Source of the DNA: Octopus bimaculoides | Taxonomy: Eukaryota | Length of the DNA stretch: 64,000 bases | Direction: 5' to 3' | Assembly: GCF_001194135.2 (NCBI RefSeq) | Contig: NC_068998.1 | Span: 40,548,487-40,612,486 of the forward strand | Shown: positions 30,453-38,530 of the stretch, one piece after another | Position numbering within the stretch: the stretch's first letter is position 1 | Layout of the letters: every line of letters starts with the position of its first letter | Notes under the pieces: model-generated | What the model was told of the DNA's origin: nothing | Database searches by the model: none | The model's input: only the letters and a program-made list of their open reading frames with translations | Program-made: the position numbers and the translations under genes

Positions 30453-33347
30453 TATAGCTCGCTCCGGCCAGTCATGGTATAAGCTGTCAGTAGCCAAAGA
30501 ATCGATAGGCCAGCAACAGGCAGGCAGACAGACAGATACTTCACTAGCAGTGAGCACTTTCACTTCTGACAGCTAATAGCATGATAGTGCCCAATTTTCT
30601 TATCTCCTGTGTCACATAAACTCGCAGAGAAACGAGTCAACCATAGAACGGTGAGTTCCAAGCAGACAAGCTTGAAAACGTCCAGGAAAACACTAATGAA
30701 ACCGTTCGTGTTTCAGTCGGGTAAGCAGACGACACAACAGCTTCGCTCGTTACTATGGAAACAAGTACCAATATGTCTGTGGCTTTCGAGCTAGAATTAA
30801 CCAAATTTCGCAAACTTTAAAAGTTACTAACATTTTACAACAGTTCTTGGATTCTGTTCTTTTTTTTATTGGAAAAGTGAGGCACCTAGAAGTTGTTAAT
30901 AATCTCTACCCCTGGAAAACTGGCCGATAAAAATAGTAATGCAACGTGCTTCTTAAAATATTGTTCACTGCTACATCTGAATGAGCAAAGCTGCGTGACA
31001 TATTTTAAATAGCACCAAAATTAAGCATGTGATACCGAAGACAAATTCGTATAACAATTAAATGTATAGCAGTAACTATGTATGCTTGTGTACAGGGATA
31101 CCTACACAAATGTTCCCCTCGATTTTGTTTCTTCATAACTCCCAGAAATACATATCTGCTTGTCTTTAAGAGAGCCATAGACTAAGCGAGAGATAGAATA
31201 GTAAATGAGGAAGATAGTATTCACTCAAGCGTAGCAAGTGTCAGGCTAAAAACTTAAAACAATGACAAGATGAAAATACCCAATTTTAAGTAAATAAAAC
31301 TTCCGGGTTTATTAGCTCGAGTATGCTAGTGTCTATGTTACTACTAAATGTTTATGCAACAAGCGCCCGTTTCTATTTATTCACAGCAAGCGACTACTTT
31401 GATCTATCGGAATAGGCCTGACTAGGGACCAAACAGCTATAACAATTATCTTTCTTATCTATGCACTCTTTGTATTTTACTCGTTGCACCAAGTTTAAAA
31501 TATGTAAACATGTATTAACCGTATTATTACTATTGATTACTAACACTATTGTTACGACAGCGAGGACGACTAATCATTATCAACAAAATGTAATTTGAAC
31601 TTCGTATCAGTAGAGTGGAAAGACGATGGGATTAATATTGGTACGGAGCACTTTTAAAATGTTCACCGTCCAGGAAAAAACTTAGTTTTCTTATGCGAGT
31701 CATGTCCTTGGGATCGATAAAATAAATATCACTAATATTGTTTCCTCATAAAGGTACTACTAAAGCAGCGTGGTCCCGAACGCGCAGTCGCGCGTCGTGA
31801 GTGGTCGATCCTATCCCTATCCCTAACCCTAACTCTAAACACGTATTCATTTGCACGCGCACTTTTTGTAGCATCTACCACTCACGACTGGCTAGCGCGG
31901 ACGCGCGACTGCGCGTTCGGGACCACGCTGCTTTAGTAGTACCCCTCATAAATCCATGATTCCCTTTAAAGTATGTCGTCGAAAGAGTTTCCTCGCGGTC
32001 ACTCCACCAGCCAGAAATAGGAAATAGTCAATTCTCCCTAAAATTACCTCCTACTACCTCAAAGGTGCAGACTCACGAATAAACTGTGTGTGTGTGTGTA
32101 AAAATGCAAGGTAAAATTAATTTCCACATCCTTCATCAAAATAATGATGTTTTTATCATAGATACAAAGTCTGACATTTGGAGGAATATGTTGGTCAACA
32201 CCATCGATCCCAGTACTTGAGTATTATTTTACTGGCCCCGAAAGGGTGAAAGGTAAAACTGACTTCTGAAGAAGTTGAACTCAACGTAGAGCCGAAACTT
32301 CTAACATTGCCACTAAGTCACGCATCGTGGAAGAAATCGACTCGTATTTTGACTATTAAATCACGCTGATGTCAACTTTGTCTTTCGACCCTCAGAAGAG
32401 GGATAAGACGAAGTACGAGCAAAGTAGGGAATCGATTTATACGATAATACATTCTAAAATGTGAATAAAGCTATAGAAAGCCCAGAAAGTGTGCTCCAGG
32501 TTTTGTTTCAGAAAAATGGATATAGTTGAATTAAATCTTCTACAAATACGCTTGTGTATGAATATGCACACCATCCGTTTTCGCGGGTGTGCGTATTCTT
32601 TACCTTCGCCGTAATATGTCAGTATGTATGTGTACGAGCTCACTAATTTTTTCTCTGCTTTTTTCATATTAAATTCCGAGGTCCAGATGGACTATATGTA
32701 ATCTGAACCTTCCCCCCCCCCCACCTTTTTTTTTTTTACACGGAATCCCACGTTTTAGGCTATGGAGATTCCGATTCTGAAAAAAAATTGTTTGAAAAAT
32801 TTCAACCCCCCACCCACCAAGCAGGCTATTTACATGCTAGAAATAACAGCCAAATCTCACAAAACTAGTGTTAGGGTTAGGGTTACGGTTAGGGTTTGAG
32901 TTAGGGTTAGGTTTACCCTGTGGATCTATATAAAAACCGGGTTGTGGGGGGGAATCGAAATTTTGAAATTGAGATTTTTGAAAACTTTTTTTCAGAATCG
33001 GAATCTCCATAGCCTAAAACGTGGGATTCCGTAAAAAAAAATAATAATAAGGGGAGAAAGGTTCAGATTACATATAGTCCATCTGGACCCTATATTTTAT
33101 TGACAGTATATCAGAAGGGTGAAAAGCATAGAATTGAACAGATCTTAATGATTTTTTAACAAAATATAGTGATACTCACGCCTCCCCCACTTAGGCCACC
33201 GATTCCATCAAAACGACGACCAGTCCCATTAGTTTGATCAACATTGTAGAGCTGGAAGCTTGATGCCGTTGCTGTGATCAACAAGAACCATAACATAAAT
33301 AACGTCGAACACGAACGACCTAAAAAATAATGGTTCGATCTATACAT
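813..33347 (-). CDS. GALC: Galactocerebrosidase (GH59), complete 18-exon gene; 2040 nt spliced CDS, 679 aa from ATG 33347 (662 aa from ATG 33296)
   Basis: Spliced translation matches GALC throughout: [41 protein letters not shown] (acid/base Glu), WSSEDY (nucleophile Glu), [10 protein letters not shown], lectin-domain C-terminus. All 17 introns are GT-AG with compatible phases and there is no internal stop. Confidence 0.97.
2571..2647 (-). CDS. GALC: GALC exon 17 ([25 protein letters not shown])
   Basis: ttctag|CT ... AAG|gtaaaa, 77 nt. Confidence 0.9.
3367..3536 (-). CDS. GALC: GALC exon 16 ([11 protein letters not shown]...[11 protein letters not shown]...YHLYGDI)
   Basis: cctcag|G ... 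G|gtatgt, 170 nt. Confidence 0.94.
4292..4511. mobile_element. piggyBac-type MITE, 220 bp; related copies near 54740-54990 and 58975-59330
   Basis: TTAA|CCCTTTCATTAC ... GTAACGAAAGGG|TTAA. Confidence 0.82.
4814..4994 (-). CDS. GALC: GALC exon 15 ([18 protein letters not shown]...VIGNSSA)
   Basis: ctgtag|GA ... TG|gtaaga, 181 nt. Confidence 0.95.
7062..7203 (-). CDS. GALC: GALC exon 14 ([20 protein letters not shown]...[11 protein letters not shown])
   Basis: tttcag|GTT ... G|gtgagt, 142 nt. Confidence 0.95.
8322..8411 (-). CDS. GALC: GALC exon 13 ([30 protein letters not shown])
   Basis: ttacag|AGC ... CCG|gtaagt, 90 nt; less conserved in sequence but correct in phase and position. Confidence 0.88.
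9181..9270 (-). CDS. GALC: GALC exon 12 ([30 protein letters not shown])
   Basis: ttacag|AGC ... TTT|gtgagt, 90 nt. Confidence 0.95.
9982..10319 (+). mobile_element. tRNA-derived SINE family 1, with a short internal deletion in the head
   Basis: GGAGGCGCAATGGCCCAGTGGTTAGGGC head, (CAA)n tail, TSD CTAGAGCACA(g/a)T. Confidence 0.85.
11005..11144 (-). CDS. GALC: GALC exon 11 ([31 protein letters not shown]...IETM)
   Basis: ttgtag|CA ... ATG|gtaagc, 140 nt. Confidence 0.96.
11931..12122 (+). mobile_element. Penelope-like element GIY-YIG endonuclease C-terminal remnant
   Basis: [18 protein letters not shown]...[13 protein letters not shown]...[15 protein letters not shown] fits my recollection of the PLE EN tail (W.IL...C.LC..E...LNK..E...C.H). 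Confidence 0.65.
13980..14430 (+). mobile_element. SINE family 1, full length; internal N gap with a duplicated overlap
   Basis: A-box and B-box-like head; TSD ATATCTTTCCACC. Confidence 0.87.
15351..15475 (-). CDS. GALC: GALC exon 10 ([41 protein letters not shown])
   Basis: tttcag|T ... G|gtaaat, 125 nt. Confidence 0.96.
16531..16568 (-). CDS. GALC: GALC exon 9 ([12 protein letters not shown])
   Basis: tttcag|ATT ... AG|gtgagt, 38 nt. Confidence 0.95.
17136..17345. repeat. 104-bp tandem duplication (2 copies)
   Basis: GGTTCAGACAATCCACATGTAC... starts at 17136 and at 17240; few differences; no N gap. Confidence 0.9.
17497..17882 (-). mobile_element. SINE family 1, full length
   Basis: Reverse complement of the 13980 copy; TSD TGATTACATT. 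Confidence 0.87.
17995..18445. repeat. About 22-bp minisatellite (ATGCAAAATGCTATTTCAGCCA-like), roughly 20 degenerate units, GALC intron 8
   Basis: Directly visible tandem units. Confidence 0.9.
18481..18598 (-). CDS. GALC: GALC exon 8 (VHYPGT...[21 protein letters not shown]; nucleophile Glu)
   Basis: ttgtag|T ... AGG|gtaagt, 118 nt. Confidence 0.96.
20826..20953 (-). CDS. GALC: GALC exon 7 ([42 protein letters not shown])
   Basis: tgccag|ATT ... GG|gtataa, 128 nt. Confidence 0.94.
22609..22647 (-). CDS. GALC: GALC exon 6 ([13 protein letters not shown]; acid/base Glu)
   Basis: ttccag|ATC ... AAA|gtgtgt, 39 nt. Confidence 0.95.
23640..24330 (+). mobile_element. 5'-truncated RTE-clade LINE: ORF C-terminus plus 3' UTR and (GAT)n tail
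   Basis: [12 protein letters not shown]...[14 protein letters not shown]...DRDLW motif; 3' UTR recurs across the window (7590-7850, 20570-20750, 23030-23210, 59970-60360). Confidence 0.88.
24567..24731 (-). CDS. GALC: GALC exon 5 ([19 protein letters not shown]...MDYVG)
   Basis: tttcag|AGA ... GGG|gtgagt, 165 nt. Confidence 0.96.
24841..24929 (-). CDS. GALC: GALC exon 4 ([30 protein letters not shown])
   Basis: tttcag|AT ... AAG|gtaaga, 89 nt. Confidence 0.96.
25305..25698 (+). mobile_element. tRNA-derived SINE family 2, representative copy with central (TA/TG)n. Other copies or halves near 390-570, 3003-3162, 3870-4100, 6040-6240, 6316-6720, 8575-8995, 11330-11500, 19665-20015, 40180-40415, 42340-42650, 46500-46870
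   Basis: Recurrent ...GGTTCAGTCCCACTGCGTGGCACCTTGGGCAAGTGTCTT... and ...AAATGACTGAAACAAGTAAAAG on both strands. Confidence 0.85.
26064..26127 (-). CDS. GALC: GALC exon 3 ([21 protein letters not shown])
   Basis: ctcag|CCA ... ACAG|gtgagt, 64 nt. Confidence 0.96.
28159..28227 (-). CDS. GALC: GALC exon 2 ([23 protein letters not shown])
   Basis: ttttag|GCA ... AAG|gtaagt, 69 nt. Confidence 0.96.
30016..30591. mobile_element. 576-bp foldback MITE, Merlin-like termini
   Basis: About 220-bp arms (30016-30237 and 30378-30591), termini GGCAC...GTGCC, exact 8-bp TSD CAATTTTC on both sides. Confidence 0.85.
31753..31943. mobile_element. 191-bp MITE, Merlin/MULE-like, with internal (CCCTAW)n
   Basis: Perfect 44-bp TIR starting GGTACTACT; exact 9-bp TSD CCTCATAAA (31744-31752 and 31944-31952). 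Confidence 0.88.
32680..33089. mobile_element. About 410-bp foldback element with central TTAGGG-like array
   Basis: Inverted arms GGTCCAGATGGACTATATGTAATCTGAACCTT and ACGGAATCCCACGTTTTAGGCTATGGAGATTCCGATTCTGAAAAAAA; no clear TSD. Confidence 0.75.
33180..33347 (-). CDS. GALC: GALC exon 1 (signal peptide ...[13 protein letters not shown] then [26 protein letters not shown])
   Basis: In-frame ATGs at 33347 and 33296; donor GGC|gtgagt, phase 0. Confidence 0.92.
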
Positions 33348-33778
33348 AATCCTTTGTGAAGCGTCACCCAGAGAAGACAGTTTGAGTTTGTGAAGTAAAT
33401 GACAAAACAGGAAGGTCGGTATGTTTATATATGATGTCTGGGTGTTCGTGTGTGAACATAGAAGATTATACAATTAGAAAATATTGCTTTGTAGCGTGTG
33501 TGTGTGTGTGTGTGTGAAGGAGAGAAAGAGAGAGGTCGGAAGCAGATAGATGTGTGCGTATATTTTGTACATGCGTTTAGGGAAGCGCGTGCACACATAC
33601 ATAAAAAATATATATGAATGTGTGTATATTATTTGCATCTATATATGTTTGTGTATTTGTATATATGTGTGTGTGTCTGTGTATGTATTGCTATATGGAG
33701 TCTGTTTTGCATACATATTGATATGCATATATAGTACGTGTGTATATACGTGCGTGTGTGTATGCGTATAGTGTGTTT

Positions 33779-33817
<39 letters not shown>

Positions 33818-36587
33818 ACTTTGAACTTTCGTTTAAAATCTGTTCAGAATGATAATTTCTTTACAGTGGCAGAAATAATTTTATCAAACATTTTTCACAT
33901 AACCATTTCCGTGAAAAGATAGAGGATTAAGACACAGAGACCCTAAACACTTAAAAGGTTTTGGTGCCCCTCAAGTATATGTAAATGGGGTACTATTCAA
34001 GAAGACGAAAATGGTTCAAAATGTAAACAAAAATAATTCAAAATATAAACAATGATAAACCATAAAATAAATTTTTATTTTTCAAAATGTAACAAAATTC
34101 ACAATAAGAAGGAAAATAATGTTTATTTTTGTATGCTTCCACTTTATTTATATTTGAAAAATTTTCTCCGTTTTTTTTTTAATTGCAAAGTGTTCGATGA
34201 TATCGTTAAAATTAATTTTCTGTAAAATTTTTGCTTCTATACTTAGTAGAGATAAAGCATTACGAATATCATTTTAGCAAGTTTGAAGTGATTTCTTTCG
34301 TGCCATAAACCATTTTCATTTCTTTTTTTTTTTTTGCCCACAAGGGGCTAAACATAGAGGGGACAAACAAGGACAGACAAAGGGATTAAGTCGATTACAT
34401 CGATCCCTAGTGCATAACTGGTACTTAATTTATCAACCCCGAAAGGATGACAGAGAAAGTCGACCTCGGCGGAATTTGAACTCAGAACNNNNNNNNNNNN
34501 NNNNNNNNNNNNCTTAGTAGAGATAAAGCATTACGAATATCATTTTAGCAAGTTTGAAGTGATTTCTTTCGTGCCATAAACCATTTTCATTTCTTTTTTT
34601 TTTTTTGCCCACAAGGGGCTAAACATAGAGGGGACAAACAAGGACAGACAAAGGGACTAAGTCGATTACATCGATCCCTAGTGCATAACTGGTACTTAAT
34701 TTATCAACCCCGAAAGGATGACAGAGAAAGTCGACCTCGGCGGAATTTGAACTCAGAACATAAAGACAGACGAAGTACCGCTAAGCATTTCGCCCGGCGT
34801 GCTAACGTTTCTGCTAACTCGCCTCCTTCAACCATTTTCATTTCTGTGGTACCCTCGTCCCTTGATCCCCTAAGCACGTGCTTAGGTTGATCCAACGCTG
34901 GTTGTTGTGGTTGCCAAGTTTGTTTGTTTGTTTGTTTGTTTTTCTTTTTAAACCAAATTCTAGAAACTGGTTTTTTTAAATTTTTATTTTGGTTATCTTT
35001 ATAACGTGTTTCGCTTTCGGAATTTACCTCACTTATTTTTTTTTTTTTTTTTTTTTTTTNNNNNNNNNNNNNNNNNNNNNNNNNNNNNNNNNNNNNNNNN
35101 NNNNNNNNNNNNNNNNNNNNNNNNNNNNNNNNNNNNNNNNNNNNNNNNNNNNNNNNNNNNNNNNNNNNNNNNNNNNNNNNNNNNNNNNNNNNNNNNNNNN
35201 NNNNNNNNNNNNNNNNNNNNNNNNNNNNNNNNNNNNNNNNNNNNNNNNNNNNNNNNNNNNNNNNNNNNNNNNNNNNNNNNNNNNNNNNNNNNNNNNNNNN
35301 NNNNNNNNNNNNNNNNNNNNNNNNNNNNNNNNNNNNNNNNNNNNNNNNNNNNNNNNNNNNNNNNNNNNNNNNNNNNNNNNNNNNNNNNNNNNNNNNNNNN
35401 NNNNNNNNNNNNNNNNNNNNNNNNNNNNNNNNNNNNNNNNNNNNNNNNNNNNNNNNNNNNNNNNNNNNNNNNNNNNNNNNNNNNNNNNNNNNNNNNNNNN
35501 NNNNNNNNNNNNNNNNNNNNNNNNNNNNNNNNNNNNNNNNNNNNNNNNNNNNNNNNNNNNNNNNNNNNNNNNNNNNNNNNNNNNNNNNNNNNNNNNNNNN
35601 NNNNNNNNNNNNNNNNNNNNNNNNNNNNNNNNNNNNNNNNNNNNNNNNNNNNNNNNNNNNNNNNNNNNNNNNNNNNNNNNNNNNNNNNNNNNNNNNNNNN
35701 NNNNNNNNNNNNNNNNNNNNNNNNNNNNNNNNNNNNNNNNNNNNNNNNNNNNNNNNNNNNNNNNNNNNNNNNNNNNNNNNNNNNNNNNNNNNNNNNNNNN
35801 NNNNNNNNNNNNNNNNNNNNNNNNNNNNNNNNNNNNNNNNNNNNNNNNNNNNNNNNNNNNNNNNNNNNNNNNNNNNNNNNNNNNNNNNNNNNNNNNNNNN
35901 NNNNNNNNNNNNNNNNNNNNNNNNNNNNNNNNNNNNNNNNNNNNNGAAGCATATTGGCAGTAGCTAATAAACCTTTCATACAGTTCAGGCAGATGTTAAC
36001 GAAATTATTAATGGAGATTAAATACGCTTTACACCGCTTCAACTGCCAAAGGAGTAAGTGTAAACAGCTGAATACTTATCAGTGATTGGTTGAAATTATC
36101 GAAATAAGACAATTTTTTACATGAAATAAATTCGAATACAAAAATTTTTTTCTGTTCTATAACACAAAATAGATAAGTATACGAAGTTTGAAAGTCTTTC
36201 GGTACCAAAAACACCACATAAAACATTAATGAAAACTGGTGCCCTCGTTTTGAACAAGATCCAAGTGAAGTATCACGACTAAACTAACTTAACACAGATT
36301 ATAATTTTTAAATTTTACTCTAAATATGGATTGTATAAGCTTTTAACAGCGAAATAATACAAAATGAGAAATGATCTAATTATAAATCTCACAGAGAGAT
36401 ATAAGCAGCAGTGTTATGATAAAGCAGTTGTTTACTGTCAACTTAATGTGACAGACCCGTTAAGGGAATCATACTGCTGCTATTTAGCCCTAGGAAGCTA
36501 GACCGCTTCCTGTTGGCCTTGACACATTTTCTGTGTCCTTATATTTGTGAAGGGGAGACAAACTTCCCCGCCCAGCTTTAGTCTGCA

Positions 36588-36630
36588 TTCAGGGACATGT
36601 TTCTGTGTCATTGCTCGTCATCAGCCTGAA
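36588..36630 (-). ncRNA. Second, inverted minimal type-I hammerhead motif with a more degenerate stem II
   Basis: Reverse complement reads TTCAGG-CTGATGA-CGAGCAATGACACA-GAAA-CATGTC-CCTGAA. Confidence 0.65.
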
Positions 36631-36786
36631 GTAGCCAACCAGCTGGCTACATTCACTGCTGCTTATATCTCTCTGTGAGATTTATAATTAGATCATTTCT
36701 AATTTTCTAACCAGAATGTGTTTTCACTGAAAATATATATATTTGTGAAGGCTAGACGGGTTTTTTTCATCCAGCTGGCCGGCTAC

Positions 36787-36829
36787 TTCAGGCTGATGAC
36801 GAGCAATAACTCAGAAACATGTCCCTGAA
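36787..36829 (+). ncRNA. Minimal type-I hammerhead ribozyme motif
   Basis: TTCAGG-CTGATGA-CGAGCAATAACTCA-GAAA-CATGTC-CCTGAA: stem I TTCAGG/CCTGAA, intact CUGAUGA and GAAA boxes, stem II GAG/CTC, palindromic stem III ACATGT, GUC cleavage triplet ending at 36823. Confidence 0.75.
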
Positions 36830-38287
36830 TGCAGACTGAAGCTGGGTGGGGAGATTTGTCTCCCCTTCACGAATATAGATTATGGTGTACCTGTGCATAG
36901 GCATGTGTGTACACTGATGTATTCAAGGGTTTCGTTCATTTATGAGTTGATCTCTTAATTTCAAATACATATAATGGTGATACTTTAAAAAAATTACTGC
37001 AGTTCAATTAAAAAGAATGGTTTAGCAACATATTGTAAGCCACACTTTAATTTGTGAAAAAATTTATCTTCGCGCAGGGCATGCATTCCTATTCTGAATC
37101 CTTTTTTTACATTATTTTTTGTGGTCTTGTTTTTGTTTTTACTCTCCATGCACTTTCTTAGGGATGGGGAGTTTACATATTGGTATGGGTTATTTTTTTT
37201 TTAGGATGGTAGTGTTAATGTCTTTAAGTGTGCGTGTATGTGTATACATGCATATGTGTGTGTTTACGTTGTATGTTGACAGCCATCAGCTCTTCTATCC
37301 AAAGTGTTTTTTTAACCCTATATTTACATGCTATTATTAAACGCTTGATCTAGTTTCATAGTTAAGCTATTAAAAACAAATTATTTCACATTCTCTCAAA
37401 GTTTGACACAAGCAATATATAATTCTTGCAGGCAACACNNNNNNNNNNNNNNNNNNNNNNNNNNNNNNNNNNNNNNNNNNNNNNNNNNNNNNNTGTGAGT
37501 TCATTACCCATGGGCAGCCTTCAACTTTTTTTTTTTCCATCCAAAGGCTTCTTTTTTAACCCAGTGGCAAGCTGGTAGAATCGTTAGCAGAAGGCGGCGA
37601 GCTGGCAGAATCGTTAGCACGCTGAACGAAATGCCTAGTGGTATTTCGTCTGCCATTACGTTCTGAGTTCAAATTCCGCCGAGGTCGACTTTGCCTTACA
37701 TCCTTTCGGGGTCGATAAATTAAGTACCAGTTATGCACTGGGGTTGATGTAATCGGCTTAATCCCTTTGTCTGTCCTTGTTTGTCCCCTCTATGTTTAGC
37801 CCCTTGTGGGCAATAAAGAAATAAGTATTTACATGCTGTTATTTACAGCTTTATCTTTACCAGGCAAAATACTTAGCAGCATTTTGTTCGTCTTAATGTT
37901 CTGAGATCAAACTCTGCCAAGGTCAACTTTGCCTTTCATCTATTTGTGGTCACCAAAATAAGTACCAATTTGTGCACCAGGGTCAAGATTATTGACTTAC
38001 ACCCTTCACCAAACTTGCTGGCCTTGTGCCAAAATTTGAAATCATTATTTATAGTTTTAACTTATGAAAATGAATTTTTTTATGTCCCCTCAAAGTTTCC
38101 AAATTCTTATGGCATAAATAAATTCCTATTGACAAAAAAATGTAGTTAAAGTATAATAGTTAAATTAGGGAGTTAATGAACTTGTTAGTAACAGAAGGTT
38201 TCTCACTAAGGGACAAAAGACTAACTGTTCTAAGTATAGGAAAGATATGCCCTACTTTGTCGTAGTGAGATATGAACACTGAATGTA

Positions 38288-38414
38288 CAAGGTGTCCACA
38301 AAGTCTGGGTACATGGGGATTAATACATACTTTAAGAAATTATAATTTCTTATATTTAATTGTTTACGTTATGATTTTATTTACTCCATGTACCCAGACT
38401 TTGTGGACACTCTG
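38288..38414. mobile_element. Tc1/mariner MITE, 127 bp
   Basis: TIR ...GTGTCCACAAAGTCTGGGTACATGG, TA on both sides. Confidence 0.8.
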
Positions 38415-38467
38415 TAGATCTATGGAAAATGAAGAGAAATGACACAATCATGATTTGTTGGATTAGT

Positions 38468-38530
38468 ATGAGAGATTAGCATGAGAGATTAGCATGAGAG
38501 ATTAGTATGAGAGATTAGCATGAGAGATTG
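38468..38530. repeat. 13-bp tandem repeat ATGAGAGATTAG(C/T), about 5 units
   Basis: Directly visible. Confidence 0.9.

Larger units (their letters stand above)
36361..36877. repeat. Interleaved inverted repeats A-B-A'-B' carrying the two hammerhead motifs (Penelope pLTR/retrozyme-like)
   Basis: A 36361-36413 pairs with A' 36654-36706; B 36540-36646 pairs with B' 36771-36877. Confidence 0.8.

Noticed and set aside
32871-32911. TTAGGG array as a telomere or chromosome-fusion relic
   Set aside because: Short, imperfect and centred inside a foldback element
34252-34750. Apparent direct duplications across small N gaps (also near 14057-14200, 58660-58760, 61045-61110)
   Set aside because: Identical sequence on both sides of an N run is the signature of unmerged contig overlaps
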